A DNA stretch of 64,000 nt from an uncultured delta proteobacterium (GTDB lineage: Bacteria; Desulfobacterota; RBG-13-43-22), in the NCBI GenBank assembly GCA_963790475.1, contig CAWBOS010000015.1, forward strand, positions 512,001 through 576,000, given 5' to 3'. Below the pieces are notes generated by a model that worked only from the letters and a program-made list of their open reading frames with translations, ran no database searches and was not told the origin of the DNA. Shown here in pieces: positions 9,779-19,230 of this stretch; within the stretch, counting starts at the first letter, position 1, and the number at the start of each line of letters is the position of its first letter. The position numbers and the translations under genes were made by a program.

Positions 9779-10189
9779 CTATTTCTTGGATGCCACCACA
9801 AAAGCTATTACAAAGCAAATGAGCGAAAGAACTGACAGCGCTATAATCAGTGGCATCGTCATATAAGTCTTGCTAACCAAGGCTGTGCAACCAATAGCCC
9901 CGCCGAAGAACAGGCCTCCAAAAAGGCCCCATCCAGCCATTCCGGCATTGTTCGGTGATCGCTTCATACTTGAGCCGGTTAGATAATTTACAAAGGAAAT
10001 ACGAATAAAAAAGAACACTATCGCCAATACCAACAATGCACCGCCCCCAATCATTATATCTTTAGACGTGGGGCCAACCACTATCTCAGGGCCGGTCGGT
10101 ATTTGTTGGATTTGACTACTACCTTGTTGAGGTGTTTCCGGTGAAGAAATGGGGGGCAATGCAGGACTGTTTTGATCAGCCATGGTCAA
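9779..10189 (-). CDS. Small 3-TM membrane protein with Pro-rich N-terminus
   Basis: RBS AAGGAG; three hydrophobic segments. Confidence 0.7.
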   Translation of the reverse strand: MTMADQNSPALPPISSPETPQQGSSQIQQIPTGPEIVVGPTSKDIMIGGGALLVLAIVFFFIRISFVNYLTGSSMKRSPNNAGMAGWGLFGGLFFGGAIGCTALVSKTYMTMPLIIALSVLSLICFVIAFVVASKK

Positions 10190-10238
10190 TTCTCCTTTGA
10201 TTTTTCTATTATATTTACGATCTTCAACTCTTAATGTT

Positions 10239-11735
10239 TTACATCACTCGCACACTACAATTCTTTCCTTTATCCAATATAGGGACAGGTTTTCCGAATC
10301 CACGCTTGAGCACGCCAACTCGTTCACCCTGCGAATTTTTTATCACTGCGTCAGCAAATGGCCTTAACCCATAGGATTTCTGTGTACCATCAACTGATAC
10401 ACGGTAGATTTTTTCACGACGCAGAACGACTATCCCAGTAATGGCTGTTCCAATAATCAAAAGAAATAATACGCCAATTACAATGGCTGGCCAACTTGGA
10501 TACACGACCTGAATAAGCAAGGGTTGCATCGTCACAGAATTTTTAGCGGACACTCCCGGGACAAATAAATCAGGCAAAGGATCATTTGGAAAAAGGTCAG
10601 ACATTGCCCTGACGAAGTCCCTGGAAATTTCCAGGTGTTGATCCTTCAGTTCGAATCGGATTATCCCATTTGCCCGATACCCCGCGCCAAAAATAACCTC
10701 CGGACTCCAGGGAGATGGAATTGGCGGCACGCTAATTTTTACCAGGATATCTGAAGACAGACCGGCAGCAGGAATATTGGAGATTTTGTCAGTGGAAAGT
10801 TGTGAGGTAATTCCTTCTTTGCCTCCTCGGAACCCGGAAGTCATTGCGACGCTAGCCGAACGAATATCATAAGGAAAGAAATCATTGCGAAACTGCCCGA
10901 TGATTTCCGCGACCTCCGGCTTGCTTGCGGCGTCAAAGCTCAACACCAGTGTCTTGTGGTCAGGCACGCTTGCTTTGACGTTGTTGCTTCCCTTGACACC
11001 TTTGGGAATAAAAGTCAGTGCCTCAGCATTCAGTGGTTTAAGCCTCGCGGCTTTCTTGCCAAACGGCGCATTGACGGAAATCATCTGCTGAAGAAGCTGA
11101 TCTGCCGCGTCACCATAGGCCAACGCATATATCATCAACCCATTAGCATGAAAATTTAACTGGGAGCGGCTCTGGACCTTCGAGGGGTAAGGAAAGGCAA
11201 CAATGCGCTTAATTTCGGCTGAGTCCTGGAGGAAGTGATAAAACTCCTTATTCTTTTCAACCGTTTCGGGACTATTGTCGGGGCTGTTCTTGTTATTAGT
11301 CACAATCCATAGCAAGCAAGACTTCCCGGGAGAGAAATTGCTAATTGCTCCAATAATCGCCTCCTTAAAATCAGTATCCGCATAGGTTGTCCTGCCCGGC
11401 TTGTGCGCCGGCTCAATGGCCCGTATTGCCTCGTTGATCTTGTTCTGGTCGTTTCCCTTATAGTACAAACGGGGGGACTTGTTTTCCCCCCAAGTTTGGT
11501 TGAAACTTGCAACTACCTGCTGTTCACCACCATATTTACGGACGCGATCAGAAAGTTCTGCAACGATGTCTTTCAGCCGCGAACCCGGATCATCATAGAA
11601 GGGCAGCATCCAACCCGAATTCTGCACCAGAAATACTTGTGGGACAGATGATGCAGCCCACAGCGGCGCACTACTGCACAGCAAGGTGATTACCACAAAA
11701 ACAAAAGATCGAAAGGCCGTATAAATTCCGGACAT
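10239..11735 (-). CDS. Exported vWA-like protein with C-terminal membrane anchor
   Basis: Signal peptide; VFLVQNSGWM (DxSxS-like), YADTD, LLWIVTNN beta-alpha pattern; TM AIVIGVLFLLIIGTAITGIVVL followed by a short basic tail. Confidence 0.65.
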   Translation of the reverse strand: MSGIYTAFRSFVFVVITLLCSSAPLWAASSVPQVFLVQNSGWMLPFYDDPGSRLKDIVAELSDRVRKYGGEQQVVASFNQTWGENKSPRLYYKGNDQNKINEAIRAIEPAHKPGRTTYADTDFKEAIIGAISNFSPGKSCLLWIVTNNKNSPDNSPETVEKNKEFYHFLQDSAEIKRIVAFPYPSKVQSRSQLNFHANGLMIYALAYGDAADQLLQQMISVNAPFGKKAARLKPLNAEALTFIPKGVKGSNNVKASVPDHKTLVLSFDAASKPEVAEIIGQFRNDFFPYDIRSASVAMTSGFRGGKEGITSQLSTDKISNIPAAGLSSDILVKISVPPIPSPWSPEVIFGAGYRANGIIRFELKDQHLEISRDFVRAMSDLFPNDPLPDLFVPGVSAKNSVTMQPLLIQVVYPSWPAIVIGVLFLLIIGTAITGIVVLRREKIYRVSVDGTQKSYGLRPFADAVIKNSQGERVGVLKRGFGKPVPILDKGKNCSVRVM

Positions 11736-13312
11736 TACCCCTCCATCAATTCAAGTGGCCAGCAGAAACAGTCGTTTCTTTCTGGAAAATATACATACAA
11801 TGAGTCGCCATAAACAAAGGCCGAAAGTTCAGGCAATTGTGATAGCCCAACACGGAACAAACTGCCGCCAATCCCACCATGAACCCCATCCACTCCATCT
11901 GCATACAAGGCTTTTTCTGAAACACCAGAACCTTCAACGACAAATCGCACGAAAGTAGTAATTCTTAAATCACGTTTGAAGAAGATATCTGAGAACAATC
12001 CCAATTCATCACGTCCCTCCCAAGGGCTCACTTTGGCGATCAATGCCAAGCCCTTTTCACCGAACTGAAGAAGCGGAAAACGCAATTCTCTATGTTCACT
12101 TATTCTTGGATTGCGTTTGTGAATATCATCCCAGTAATCATCACTCCAGGAAAAACTCGCTCTGCCAGTCGTCACAAACTGGCCACAATCAACATTCTCA
12201 GCATCAATTCTTGAGTCCCCATCCAGCTTGATGATTTTATTGACTATTCCATCTCGTACCGAATAGTCGCGATCCTCACAGAGTTGCCAGAATCCAGAAT
12301 AAGAACCGGTTCTGTGATAGGGTGGACCCAATTCAATGAGCGCAATTGCAGGATGCTCATCGGTTTCCCACGGCCTGAATTCCCAACTCAAGCCGGCTGC
12401 CGAATTAGCGCCAAAAACCCGGACATATCCACCACGGCCAGGCCAATACACAATCTGCTTGTTTTCATCAATGATAGGAATGCCGAAGTAGGCATCGTAG
12501 CCAGAACTCCCACGTAACTGTGGAAACACACACGAAGGATCACAGACTGAACAACATTCAGACCAGGTTATATCGCCCTCTTTCCTGCTGACCATCGCGA
12601 AATTATCTCCGCGCAATACTGGCGCCAACAGATATTTCCCAACGCGTATGGCGCCACCGACCGAGCGCCCTACAGCTTGGTCAACATTAATGCTACTGGA
12701 GGCCCAATTAACAGTTATCCACACAGGGCCTTGGTCAGTAGGGAGACACAAGCCAGATTCTGAAGAATCGCCCGCCAGAGACCACGACCAAGCGGGAAGT
12801 GTATCTTCTCCCGCGTTCCCGATTAGCACTTCCCATTTTTTGGTTTCACCCGGACGAAATATCCACAATTGCCCACTGTCTCTCTGCACCGCTACCAGCA
12901 AACGTCGTTGACCCCCTAATTTAGCTGAACAAAATGCAAAGCGACCATCTCGAGAAGGCAATGGGAACGGACTAGCCTGTTCATTATACGTTCCCGGCTT
13001 ATTATTGTGTATCGATCTTATTGGAAACAATTTCAAACCGTTCCCTGTACCATAAGGAGGAAGCCATAAGTCAGCTACACTGTCATTTGCATCCAACAAA
13101 ATAGAGCCACAATAAGGACAGTTCTTAAATTGAGATGGGAACACACTCTGGTCACAGGGTACCCCCGAGATAGGATGACTTTTCGCCCCAATCAACATAC
13201 AAAGCGGTGCAACCGGCGCTGCCTCGCACTTTTGCCCGAAGATGCTTTGAATTTTGAATGTTTTAGAGTTCTCATCTTGCTCCCAAGATGAATCTTTAAA
13301 CGGCCACAACAT
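11735..13312 (-). CDS. Hypothetical protein with N-terminal zinc ribbon and Trp-rich beta body
   Basis: GGAGG RBS before ATG 13312 (MLWPFK); C-x11-CPYCG; stop overlaps the start of the vWA-like gene. Confidence 0.65.
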   Translation of the reverse strand: MLWPFKDSSWEQDENSKTFKIQSIFGQKCEAAPVAPLCMLIGAKSHPISGVPCDQSVFPSQFKNCPYCGSILLDANDSVADLWLPPYGTGNGLKLFPIRSIHNNKPGTYNEQASPFPLPSRDGRFAFCSAKLGGQRRLLVAVQRDSGQLWIFRPGETKKWEVLIGNAGEDTLPAWSWSLAGDSSESGLCLPTDQGPVWITVNWASSSINVDQAVGRSVGGAIRVGKYLLAPVLRGDNFAMVSRKEGDITWSECCSVCDPSCVFPQLRGSSGYDAYFGIPIIDENKQIVYWPGRGGYVRVFGANSAAGLSWEFRPWETDEHPAIALIELGPPYHRTGSYSGFWQLCEDRDYSVRDGIVNKIIKLDGDSRIDAENVDCGQFVTTGRASFSWSDDYWDDIHKRNPRISEHRELRFPLLQFGEKGLALIAKVSPWEGRDELGLFSDIFFKRDLRITTFVRFVVEGSGVSEKALYADGVDGVHGGIGGSLFRVGLSQLPELSAFVYGDSLYVYFPERNDCFCWPLELMEG

Positions 13313-13770
13313 TTTGTTTTCCTCCAAACCTATGGAGATTGTCACCAGGGAGGCTTCCTGTTATCGCCTCCTGGCTTTCATCTCCTTAAAAATGGACTTA
13401 CACTGGAGATCAAATCAGGTTGGGAGGGTGCTCAACAACCTCCCCTTCTTTAAAAATTTCACACAAAATATTGACAGTGTCATCACAATGATTAGTACAT
13501 CTCAAGAAATTAAATCACACTTGAACTTCAATTTTATGTCGTTTTCAGTTATCTTGGCTACTACTCCATATATGTGCCCATTTTCCTGAATAACAACTCA
13601 ATAATACAGCGTGTCAGGTTTCATGTTGCTCAGGAAACACTATGTTTTTTCAGAAAAAGATAAAGTTTTTCAAGAGTGATTGAGTACTTATTTGCGACCA
13701 CTCCCCTGCTTTGTGATTCATATTTCTTAACAAGTTAGTGGGCGGAGGGTTCTTTCCGTTTTAATCTTTA

Positions 13771-14130
13771 TCATTGTGAATTCTCAATAATCACGGTCAA
13801 GCTCTTATCTCCAATGGCAAACGCATTCTTAACCTCACCTCTTATGGTCACCTCTTCCCCCGTTTTGGGAAAGGTCTTCGATGGGATAACTGCAATTGCC
13901 CCGGTTTCATCCGCGATCATGAAATAGCCATGCCCAAAAACGATGAACGACTTTGTAACATTACCTTTGACGTGCACTAATCGGTCTCCATATTGGGTAG
14001 GTGAAGCAAGAATGTCAGTAATTTTATCCGTCCTTGACAAAGGACTATCTGTGCAGGCGGGCAGTAACGAAAACAAGATAAACGTAAGAATAACGCTGAG
14101 TCCCTTAAATGGGAGGTTCATCGTCATCAT
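13771..14130 (-). CDS. OB-fold lipoprotein
   Basis: Lipobox LPAC; VHVKGNV...FMIADETGAIAV...GEEVTIRGEV OB-fold pattern; start uncertain. Confidence 0.65.
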   Translation of the reverse strand: MMTMNLPFKGLSVILTFILFSLLPACTDSPLSRTDKITDILASPTQYGDRLVHVKGNVTKSFIVFGHGYFMIADETGAIAVIPSKTFPKTGEEVTIRGEVKNAFAIGDKSLTVIIENSQ

Positions 14131-14639
14131 ATACTTGCAACTCACTTTCGTTCTTCATTTGACAAGAATTTGGAAAGAACTTCCTTGATTATCAGCAAAT
14201 TATAGCAGGGAAAATAGATAGTCAAGGGAAAAAAGATTAAGGCAATAGACCTCAAAGAGTTTTTGATAGAATTTCCTTTTTAATTAAAAAGTTATGTAAT
14301 AATAAGGTTTCTAAGAAATATTAATCATTAAACAATTTTTGCAGTTTTTATGCCAACTTTTAATATTTTATAACATCTTGTATTACTTTGATAATTATTG
14401 GGGGCGATTGGGGTCCTACCATAAAGTAGAAAAGATTTTCTATTTATTGCTAATGAATTTCTTCTTTTGTAGGGGAATTTTATTCCCCTTTTTAACTCTT
14501 TCGTTTCTCACAAGATCAAGAAAATAACGAGGATTAAAATTTCAACCGACTTGATAACGAATACCTTAGCCTCTACAGGATAAACCACTTTGGTCTCCCG
14601 ATCATTAACAAGAGGACATTTATCCAAATCTTGCCCAGC

Positions 14640-14849
14640 TTAATCTTCAACATCTCGGGAAATATTTGTTTTTATTTTTCCCCCGATTGGGGTCTGAAAA
14701 TATTCCGAAGAGAGTTTCCCTTCTTTAAGTTGCCCCAAGACTTTTTCAAGCTCATGAGTTAGGTTAAGGCATTCCTTTCCCTTGACTCCTTTGACCCTGA
14801 AAGCGACTTTACCCTTTGTTTGAATGGTTACTTCTACTTCCTCCGACAT
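14640..14849 (-). CDS. DUF2997-family small protein
   Basis: RBS AGGAGG; MSEEVEVTIQTKGKVAFRVKGVKGKECLNLTHELEKVLG...SSEYF pattern. Confidence 0.75.
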   Translation of the reverse strand: MSEEVEVTIQTKGKVAFRVKGVKGKECLNLTHELEKVLGQLKEGKLSSEYFQTPIGGKIKTNISRDVED

Positions 14850-14860
14850 AAACAGTCCTC

Positions 14861-15252
14861 CTATAGGTCTCCAATGGTCAGTTTTTTTAGAACCAAACGA
14901 ATATCCCCTCTCTCGGTCCTCCGTTGAAATATCAGGGAAAAGCCTTTTTTTGCGCCTCCAGAAGAACCTTGCGACGGGCATATCCTGATAGATTTTATCA
15001 ATCAGGTTTTTTGTTTCCTTTTTTTCAAGGCTTTCCCACATACCAAGAATCTCATAAGCCGCTGCGGGAGAAGTCTTTCTGAATCCCAGCTTAAGCCCTC
15101 CCTTCCAGGTTATATCTAAATCGACAGGCTTTGAGGACCCCAGCGATTTAATATAACCCCCTTTGATAATCGGAATGTTTAACCCCTTGTAGGGTTTCAA
15201 TCAAAATATCCTGGTCTCTAATCTCTGTCTTTAAGGTGGTCAGATGTGACAT
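14861..15252 (-). pseudogene. DUF1257 (Ycf35-like) gene with about 3 frameshifts
   Basis: MSHLTTLKTEIRDQDILIETL / KGLNIPIIKGGY...IDKIYQ / YARRKVLLEAQK / KGFSLIF...GDIRLVLKK pieces lie in different frames. Confidence 0.7.
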
Positions 15253-15490
15253 CTCTCCTGCTTTTTATATCCTCTCTTATTAACTGCAGTCGATCCCAAA
15301 AAAATATTCCCCTGGAGACCTTTAGATCTGCGTCGAGATCAGATTAAACTGCAAGTTTCCATCATCGTGCTTTTGGCCTTGTTGCGACATGAGATTTAAA
15401 CGAAATTTAAACCAGTTGTTGAAGCAGACATTTCCTAGAAGACTTGGGTTTCTCTTCCTTGATGTTTGAGTTTAAACAGGGCCATAGGGT

Positions 15491-15775
15491 TTGGGGATTT
15501 ATGGTGGCCATTTCCGGATATCGATATATTTCTGGGAGGCTGGAAAGAAGGTCAAACCTTTTGGGTTCCATGGAATTAGGCATTTGACTGTTTCGATACT
15601 CTATCAGAAAGGATACCCCTTATCAGTTATTCAGACCATATTGAGACATGCGAGTCCGAATACAACAGCCCGTTACATACATAGTCTTGGATTGGAAGAA
15701 ACAAGAAGGGCGCTTGAAGAAGGTCTTAAAGAACCTGGTCAAGTGATTGAATTCAACAAGGAGAGTGTGGCATAA
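15491..15775 (+). pseudogene. Tyrosine recombinase/integrase C-terminal remnant
   Basis: FGFHGIRH (HxxR), ILRHAS, TTARY (catalytic Tyr); N-terminal domains absent; adjacent to a tRNA 3' end. Confidence 0.8.
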
Positions 15776-15808
15776 AAAAACCTCAGAAGGATTATTTCTG
15801 AGGTTTTT
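15774..15808. terminator. Bidirectional intrinsic terminator
   Basis: AAAAACCTCAGAA-ggattat-TTCTGAGGTTTTT hairpin between the convergent integrase remnant and tRNAs. Confidence 0.7.
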
Positions 15809-15849
15809 GTGTCCGAATTTGTGTCCAGGATATATAATAGAATGTTTTA

Positions 15850-15927
15850 TGGCGTCCCCAACGGGATTTGAACCCGTGTTGCCGGCGTGAAAGGCCGGTG
15901 TCCTGGGCCAGGCTAGACGATGGGGAC
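15850..15927 (-). tRNA. tRNA-Glu (TTC)
   Basis: GTCCCCATCGTCTAGCCTGGCCCAGGACACCGGCCTTTCACGCCGGCAACACGGGTTCAAATCCCGTTGGGGACGCCA cloverleaf with CCA. Confidence 0.97.
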
Positions 15928-15933
15928 TTGAAG

Positions 15934-16009
15934 TGGTGGGCCGTGCTGGACTTGAACCAGCGACTCTCTGCTTAAAAGGCAGATACTCTACCTCCTGAGT
16001 TAACGGCCC
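15934..16009 (-). tRNA. tRNA-Lys (TTT)
   Basis: GGGCCGTTAACTCAGGAGGTAGAGTATCTGCCTTTTAAGCAGAGAGTCGCTGGTTCAAGTCCAGCACGGCCCACCA. Confidence 0.97.
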
Positions 16010-16014
16010 GCTGC

Positions 16015-16156
16015 GAGAGCTTTGGAAAATGTTCCCTTTTGCTCAATCTCTGCGTCAGACTCAAATTTTAATCCTCAAAATACTAAATGTATTCCTGTGG
16101 TTAAAATTATCCTCTTCCTTGACCTTGAACAAAATTGGATATTTTTCAAAGCTCTC
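16015..16156. mobile_element. MITE-like element (~142 bp)
   Basis: Imperfect ~32-bp terminal inverted repeats GAGAGCTTTGGAAAATGTTCCCTTTTGCTCAA / GAGAGCTTTGAAAAATATCCAATTTTGTTCAA; no transposase. Confidence 0.65.
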
Positions 16157-16187
16157 ATTTAAACAATAAGCTTTAAAGGAAAAATTC

Positions 16188-16937
16188 TTGAGGAAATTTC
16201 TGAAAATTTGGATATTCGCCACCCTCTTGGCCTTGGGATGGATCATTCTGCCCGCCTCCGGGTTCGGGGCTGACAAGGTTCCTTTAAAAGCCGACGGGTC
16301 TACCAATGGTATGCCGGTTCGGTGGGATCAGGCTTTTTTTAGGCTCATCCCCACCCCTGATAGAGGCAAGCTTGAACGGGGAGAAATTCTTTGCGAAATA
16401 AGAAAAACAGGGAGTGATACTGTATTGGCCCAGACCATCGGCCTAATCAAGGCGAAGGCTGAAGACTGTTTTAAAGTAGTCCGGAACTATAATCAATATA
16501 TCAATCTGATGCCCTGTACGGTAGAAAGTAAGGTGATCCGGTCGTTTCATTTGGAAGGAGAGAATGCCGGCGCCGAGGCAGTTGACTTTTGGACCCGGAT
16601 AAGGGTTCTTGGTTTTAACACCCGTTATCTGCTCCGTATCGTCCATCTCACGGAGTCCGATAAGCAACGATTTCGCAGCTACTGGACTTTGGTGGACCAC
16701 CCGGATCAACTGCCGGCCTGCCTCGATAGGGGGGAAAAGTCCTGCCGGAACGACCTGGCGGTCGATCTGGGGTCACACCAGTTTGAGCCTTTCCCCGGGA
16801 ACCCCAATTACACCCTGCATACCTACACCCTGACTGTTTCCGGGAAAAGCTGGTTGCAACGGATGGCCTTCCGTCTGGGAGGGACAAAAGCAATGGAGGA
16901 TGTCACCCTTGCGATCAGACGTGTTTTGGAGAAATAA
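16188..16937 (+). CDS. Exported START/SRPBCC (polyketide cyclase-like) protein
   Basis: Signal peptide; IKAKAEDCFKVVRNYNQYINLMP pattern, C-terminal helix. Confidence 0.6.
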   Translation: MRKFLKIWIFATLLALGWIILPASGFGADKVPLKADGSTNGMPVRWDQAFFRLIPTPDRGKLERGEILCEIRKTGSDTVLAQTIGLIKAKAEDCFKVVRNYNQYINLMPCTVESKVIRSFHLEGENAGAEAVDFWTRIRVLGFNTRYLLRIVHLTESDKQRFRSYWTLVDHPDQLPACLDRGEKSCRNDLAVDLGSHQFEPFPGNPNYTLHTYTLTVSGKSWLQRMAFRLGGTKAMEDVTLAIRRVLEK

Positions 16938-17673
16938 GGACATCCCGCCATCTTAAAAAGAGGACACATTCATTGGGGGGCTTAAAGGCCCGCACTTCGA
17001 CGACCCTCGTTTCCGTATCGATAGAAACGTAACGCATATAATCACGAGAACAGGCCCCCGAATTGACATAGATCCCTTTTCCGAAGGGACGGCAGGTCAT
17101 CCGGTGGGAATGACCCATCACAATAATATTATTTTTCCCAAGGATCAAGGACTGTCGGGCGGCCATATCCAGCCTTTCAAAAAGTCGTTGTCCGAAGTCA
17201 TAAAACGGTCCTTCTAAAAAATCGGCCAGCCGGCCTAGACCCTTTCGCCTCATTCCACCGATGACCCAGGTGATGAAATAAGGCAGCCGCCCTTTTTCAC
17301 CGATGAAAGGATCGAATTGATGACCATGGATCAGCCATATTCGCCAGCCGTCTTTTTTCAGCCGGATCTGTTTTAAAGTTCCCATAAGTTTTTGGGTGAT
17401 TTGATCGTGATTCCCAAAAATACTTTCGTAGCGTGCAGATTTCCAGCGCCGGACTACTCGGGAATAGCGTTTCAAAATGGCCTCAAGGACATCCGACCGG
17501 GAGCCTGGAAAAGGCCCATAATCGGTTTGGTAAATATCCCCCATCAGAATGATCCGGTCATGGGTCCGGGAGAGATGATCGTCAAACCGGAGCAGACCCT
17601 CTTCTTTCCCCTGGAATTTATCCAAAACCGGGATATGGCCAAGATGGAGATCGCCAAAGGAGGCTATGCGCAT
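16915..17673 (-). CDS. Calcineurin-like metallophosphoesterase (LpxH-like)
   Basis: GDLHLG, MGD, GNHD, HGH, MGHSH, VNSG motifs. Confidence 0.85.
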   Translation of the reverse strand: MRIASFGDLHLGHIPVLDKFQGKEEGLLRFDDHLSRTHDRIILMGDIYQTDYGPFPGSRSDVLEAILKRYSRVVRRWKSARYESIFGNHDQITQKLMGTLKQIRLKKDGWRIWLIHGHQFDPFIGEKGRLPYFITWVIGGMRRKGLGRLADFLEGPFYDFGQRLFERLDMAARQSLILGKNNIIVMGHSHRMTCRPFGKGIYVNSGACSRDYMRYVSIDTETRVVEVRAFKPPNECVLFLRWRDVLISPKHV

Positions 17674-17844
17674 CAGTTGATTTCAGTTTGGGTTCTTAGT
17701 GGCAAGATCCAAATTGTCACCCTGGTGGAAAAGGGAGCCCATAACAAATCTAATATTTAATAATTCCGGCTTTTGCCGATATCGAAAAGGGGATATTAAA
17801 ATTGTTTCTTTCTGAATTCTGACACTGTATTCTGAAAGCTCTTT

Positions 17845-19134
17845 TTAATGTTTAAACGCCCTTTGACCGGTGAAGACCATAGCGGCCGGAGGATTAGCCT
17901 GATTGCAGGCTTCGATCACCTCGTAATCCCTTAAGGACCCTCCAGGTTGCACCACAGAGGTGATTCCCTGTTTCAAACCTACATCCACCCCGTCGCGGAA
18001 AGGGAAAAAGGCATCGGAAATCATGGCCGATCCTGGCAGACCGGCTTTGTCCTCTTTGGTCTTTTGGTCAATCTCTTCCTTGCCCTTAACTTTGCGTTTG
18101 CCCTGCTCGATTTCCAGTTCCAAATCTTTATAGGGAAGTCCGAAACGGTCGAAGCACAGGGCATCGGCATATTTGGTATAGGCCTTATAAACGGCGATCT
18201 CAGCCACACCCACCCGGTCCTGTTCGCCGGTGCCGATTCCCACGGTACATTGATCTTTAACATAGAGGACAGAGTTGGAGGTCACTCCCTGTTCCACGGA
18301 CCAACCGAAGTACAGGTCGTCTAATTCCTTTTCCGTCGGTTGCCGTAAAATCCGGTACTCGCGATTCTGATAGGTGGAAACCGCTGGCAAGAAATCTTTT
18401 TTATTCTGAATGACATTGACAGGAGATTGCTGAAGGACCAAGCCACCGTCCTGCAATCCCTTAAAATCCAGAAACCGGACCTGGCGAAGGCCTTCCAAAT
18501 GATCCATGCGGGGCACCTTTAAAATCCTCAAATTCCCCCGTTTGGCCAAAATGGGCACAGCACCCTCCTCAAAATCCGGTGCGGCTACGACCTCGAGATA
18601 ATTTGAGGCGATCAATTCAGCTGTGGCTTTGTCTAAAGGGCGGTTGAAAACAGCAGCTCCGCCGAAAGCGGCGATTCGGTCGGCCCGGTTGGCTCGAAAG
18701 TAGGCCTCCGATAAGCTAGTCCCATAGGCTACCCCGCAAGGGTTATTATGTTTGACGATGACTGCCGCCGGCTTGGCCAAAAGAAATTTCAGAATGTTCA
18801 GGGCATTATCCACATCGGTCAGATTGGTCTTGCCGGGATGCTTTCCCTCTTGAATCATCTCGGCCTCGGTGATGGCCGAAACCATGCCCTGGCCTGGCCG
18901 AATGAATTGACATTCCCCCAAAACAAGATTGCCGTTGATCAATTCATATAAGGCCGCTTCCTGTCCCGGGTTTTCCCCGTAACGGAGGCCCTTTTCTTCC
19001 AAGACCCCATCGGCCTGGGGAAGTTTCCAGGTCCTCTTCCGATAAATCAGGGATTGATCCCCTAAGGTGATGGTCAAGGTTGGTGGAAAATGATCGGCCA
19101 TGACCGTGCGGTACTTTTTTTTTAGATCATCCAT
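17845..19134 (-). CDS. purH: PurH-like AICAR transformylase domain protein (no N-terminal IMPCH/MGS domain)
   Basis: LRYGENPGQ, KHNNPCG, SDAFFPFRDG, QPGGSLRD, FTGQRAFKH; only 429 aa. Confidence 0.85.
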   Translation of the reverse strand: MDDLKKKYRTVMADHFPPTLTITLGDQSLIYRKRTWKLPQADGVLEEKGLRYGENPGQEAALYELINGNLVLGECQFIRPGQGMVSAITEAEMIQEGKHPGKTNLTDVDNALNILKFLLAKPAAVIVKHNNPCGVAYGTSLSEAYFRANRADRIAAFGGAAVFNRPLDKATAELIASNYLEVVAAPDFEEGAVPILAKRGNLRILKVPRMDHLEGLRQVRFLDFKGLQDGGLVLQQSPVNVIQNKKDFLPAVSTYQNREYRILRQPTEKELDDLYFGWSVEQGVTSNSVLYVKDQCTVGIGTGEQDRVGVAEIAVYKAYTKYADALCFDRFGLPYKDLELEIEQGKRKVKGKEEIDQKTKEDKAGLPGSAMISDAFFPFRDGVDVGLKQGITSVVQPGGSLRDYEVIEACNQANPPAAMVFTGQRAFKH

Positions 19135-19145
19135 AAAAACTCCAG

Positions 19146-19230
19146 GCGTGAGGGGTGAGGCATTAGGCGTGAGTTGCGAGACAAGAGAACACTAGACAAA
19201 CTCATGCCTCGTGCCTCTCGTCTCGTGCCT
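19146..19230. repeat. Heptamer-repeat imperfect palindrome
   Basis: GCGTGAG-type units, then CTCGTGC-type units overlapping the folE2 3' end. Confidence 0.65.

Noticed and set aside
13345-13381. Hairpin CCAGGGAGGC...GCCTCCTGG and tiny MKARRR ORF as an attenuator
   Set aside because: The SD-like sequence abuts the ATG and there is no supporting leader-peptide logic
14640-15200. 186-aa ORF as a single protein
   Set aside because: Chimera of a frameshifted DUF1257 middle and the separate DUF2997 gene, which has its own RBS
16061-16306. 81-aa minus-strand ORF
   Set aside because: Reads through the MITE and antisense to the START-domain gene
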